Source: a virus (lineage: Duplodnaviria; Caudoviricetes). Taken from it: a stretch of DNA of 59,258 bases. Below the pieces are notes generated by a model. That model had not been told where the DNA came from. It saw nothing but the letters and a program-made list of their open reading frames with translations, and ran no database searches. This document shows, one piece after another, positions 57,245 through 59,258 of this stretch. The DNA lies in the IMG/VR virus record IMGVR_UViG_3300032239_000632, positions 1-59,258 of that record, one strand, 5' to 3'. The translations under genes were made by a program, and so were the position numbers. Position 1 is the first letter of the stretch, and each line of letters begins with the position of its first letter.

Positions 57245-57559
57245 TCATGAGTATTGTATCTCCATTACTTTAACATTATCAGGCATAATTTCCATTGGAT
57301 ACTTCTTCATAAACCCACTTAATACGCCAGCACCGTAACCTGTTGTTCCATATGAAGTTTTTCTACATTGATATACAGAACCACTATGGCCATGGAAGTA
57401 ATAATAGTCATCATCCTCTGTAACACTCTTAACACCAGAATTTAATTGCCAACTATCACCAGTAGTATATCCACCACTCCATGTAGCAAATATCTTATAG
57501 AATGTTTCTTTATCATTAGCAATCTTTATCATTAACCATCTATTTGGTTTGTAATTCAT
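57245..57559 (-). CDS. Conserved phage hypothetical protein
   Basis: YKIFATWSGGYTTGDSWQLNSG, GHSGSVYQC. Confidence 0.75.
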   Translation of the reverse strand: MNYKPNRWLMIKIANDKETFYKIFATWSGGYTTGDSWQLNSGVKSVTEDDDYYYFHGHSGSVYQCRKTSYGTTGYGAGVLSGFMKKYPMEIMPDNVKVMEIQYS

Positions 57560-57749
57560 CTTTCCACTCCCATCCGAGCAATTCAATAGTATTCTTGATT
57601 TGTTGTTCTGTAGGTTTCTTTTTTATTGCAATATGAAAATTCTCTCCAATCGTCCAATACCCATCATATTTTGGTGATATAAAAAATGTAGTGGGCATAT
57701 AGGAAAATGATACATTAGCAATTGGCAGAGTAATACTATCATTAGACAT
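57540..57749 (-). CDS. Hypothetical protein
   Basis: KKP...LLGWEWKD. Confidence 0.55.
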   Translation of the reverse strand: MSNDSITLPIANVSFSYMPTTFFISPKYDGYWTIGENFHIAIKKKPTEQQIKNTIELLGWEWKDELQTK

Positions 57750-57773
57750 TATATTTTTCCTTTATCAATTTAA

Positions 57774-57968
57774 TTACCCTTTCCGCAGGCGTTCCTTACG
57801 CCATTCAGGGAAACTTATCTTATATGGTAGCATAGGGTTTTCTTCGCATAGTTTACGCCATTCATCATTAAGACTAACGGTTTTTCTTATCTTGGATTGC
57901 AAACTGCGAGTTACATCTCTTGCCACGTGGTTATGCGGATTAAGACCTTTGGCATTTTTATTTCCCAT
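57774..57968 (-). CDS. Hypothetical protein
   Basis: Coupled small ORF. Confidence 0.5.
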   Translation of the reverse strand: MGNKNAKGLNPHNHVARDVTRSLQSKIRKTVSLNDEWRKLCEENPMLPYKISFPEWRKERLRKG

Positions 57969-58204
57969 TATATATTATATTTTTCCTTTATCAATTTAAT
58001 TGCTTTAGCCATTGCTGTATCTATTACATCTCTAGTAAATGTAGTTAAACCATGATGCCTGATAGAATCATCATTCTTTAGTATATCTATAATCTCAGAT
58101 GGAATTCTTGCCGCTTCTTCTAGTTGGCTTTCGTCTTTAGTCATTTGTCTTGTCCTCTTGCTCTGATGGCTAGAGCTAATGGCTGACGAATTTTGTTTGG
58201 CCAC
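57968..58204 (-). CDS. Hypothetical protein
   Basis: Small ORF, start uncertain. Confidence 0.45.
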   Translation of the reverse strand: MAKQNSSAISSSHQSKRTRQMTKDESQLEEAARIPSEIIDILKNDDSIRHHGLTTFTRDVIDTAMAKAIKLIKEKYNI

Positions 58205-58332
58205 TCAGGTAAAAGAAGCTGCTCACAAATAGTTGCACACGCCTCACGCTCTGCTTCTACTGCTTTTTGTATTTCTTCTATACGATTGTCTACATAATTA
58301 ATCATCGGTGTTTTAGTCATTCTTTAAATCCT

Positions 58333-58779
58333 TTAATTCAGAATGTTTTTGAATCCATAGAATCTATCTCTATAAATCTCTATAGCATGATTTAAAAAAG
58401 TTTCATATAAACCATTCATATAATCTTCTTCGCTCATAAAAGTCAAAGGATCAATAGCCATTAATAGCTGAGTCTCATCTGAATAGGTGAAATGATCGTA
58501 TTTTAATTTACTTTCTCTATTATAAATCTCGTCAACTATAGATTGTTGAATACGATTATTTTTAGCATATTCTGATCTAATTTTTTTATATTCTTCCATC
58601 TGCTGCTGGAGGTAGCTATTATATTCGGCTATAGTCATCTTTGAAATCATTTCTTCAGTTTCAATTAAGATAGCGGGAGCATTTATTGCTTTTAATCGGT
58701 TTAATTTCAATAGTCTTTCTTTTTGAAATGCTTTATTTCTACTAATAGTATCTTCAATAACTTCATTAATTTTTTTCAT
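58333..58779 (-). CDS. Hypothetical protein
   Basis: 148-aa ORF. Confidence 0.6.
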   Translation of the reverse strand: MKKINEVIEDTISRNKAFQKERLLKLNRLKAINAPAILIETEEMISKMTIAEYNSYLQQQMEEYKKIRSEYAKNNRIQQSIVDEIYNRESKLKYDHFTYSDETQLLMAIDPLTFMSEEDYMNGLYETFLNHAIEIYRDRFYGFKNILN

Positions 58780-58780
58780 A

Positions 58781-59258
58781 TTATTCTCGTATTAAGTCAA
58801 TAATTTTATTAATTCTGTTCTTATTCTCAAGCATCTTAAACCATAGTCTTAATGTATTAAATGCATCATTATCTGCACGATGTGGTTCACCGATAAATTT
58901 CATATGATACCAAGCCATTGCAGACCGTAATCCTGCACTGGGACTCTTACCCGCTGCAACTCTATCTAATACAAATAAAGTCTTTAGATCAATCCATCTC
59001 CTACCAAAATGGAGGAAAGGTATATTTCTCTCTCTAAATTCAGCCTTTAATTCTTCACTATCAGCGCTACCCCATGTGATAGGATTAAGAAAGCACTGGT
59101 TAGCAGTAAGTAAATAACTAATAGAATTAGCAACGAATTCATGTGATTCTCCATGAGTAATTATATCATCATCAGTAATGCCTGTCAACTCTGTAATGAA
59201 CGGATATATCTTTTCTTCCGGATTAAAATACCATTTATAAGTGGCTATCTTATCATCA
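58781..59258 (-). CDS. DEDDh 3'-5' exonuclease, N-terminus outside window
   Basis: Frame open to the window edge: PFITELTGITDDDI, TWG..D, WIDLK, HRADNDA. Confidence 0.8.
   Translation of the reverse strand, partial: DDKIATYKWYFNPEEKIYPFITELTGITDDDIITHGESHEFVANSISYLLTANQCFLNPITWGSADSEELKAEFRERNIPFLHFGRRWIDLKTLFVLDRVAAGKSPSAGLRSAMAWYHMKFIGEPHRADNDAFNTLRLWFKMLENKNRINKIIDLIRE

Noticed and set aside
1-59258. Genome-wide stop codon reassignment
   Set aside because: Conserved genes are full length in code 11 and end in TAA, TGA and TAG; only one internal stop was seen and no suppressor tRNA (Ser UGA is an anticodon reading UCA)

Overview
AT-rich fragment of a T4-like (myovirus) phage genome read in the standard genetic code, almost all on the - strand. 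The host is probably a Gram-negative aquatic proteobacterium (inference). 1-26.4 kb holds the tail/baseplate module: repeat-rich fibre, large virion protein interrupted by one in-frame TAA, gp8/7/6/25, an apparently split gp5, gp53/48, a tape-measure-like M23 protein, gp26/gp51, tail tube initiator, gp2 and gp4. 26.4-38.6 kb holds gp32, gp59, gp33, DsbA, a cell-wall hydrolase, a circularly permuted two-piece tmRNA, an outer-membrane beta-barrel, a sugar-nucleotide trio and RNase H. 38.7-48.5 kb is an envelope locus: a + strand island (two paralogous membrane proteins flanking a DctP-like protein and an exported nuclease) converging on a csgF / beta-barrel adhesin / csgG / curlin-like / FecR / CHASE2-adenylate cyclase operon. 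49-59 kb holds four tRNAs and many small early genes. The most notable signals are the curli-secretion plus cyclase signalling operon, the permuted tmRNA, and a lambda G/GT-like -1 frameshift joining gp26 to gp51. All family calls come from motif recognition by eye; no database searches were run.
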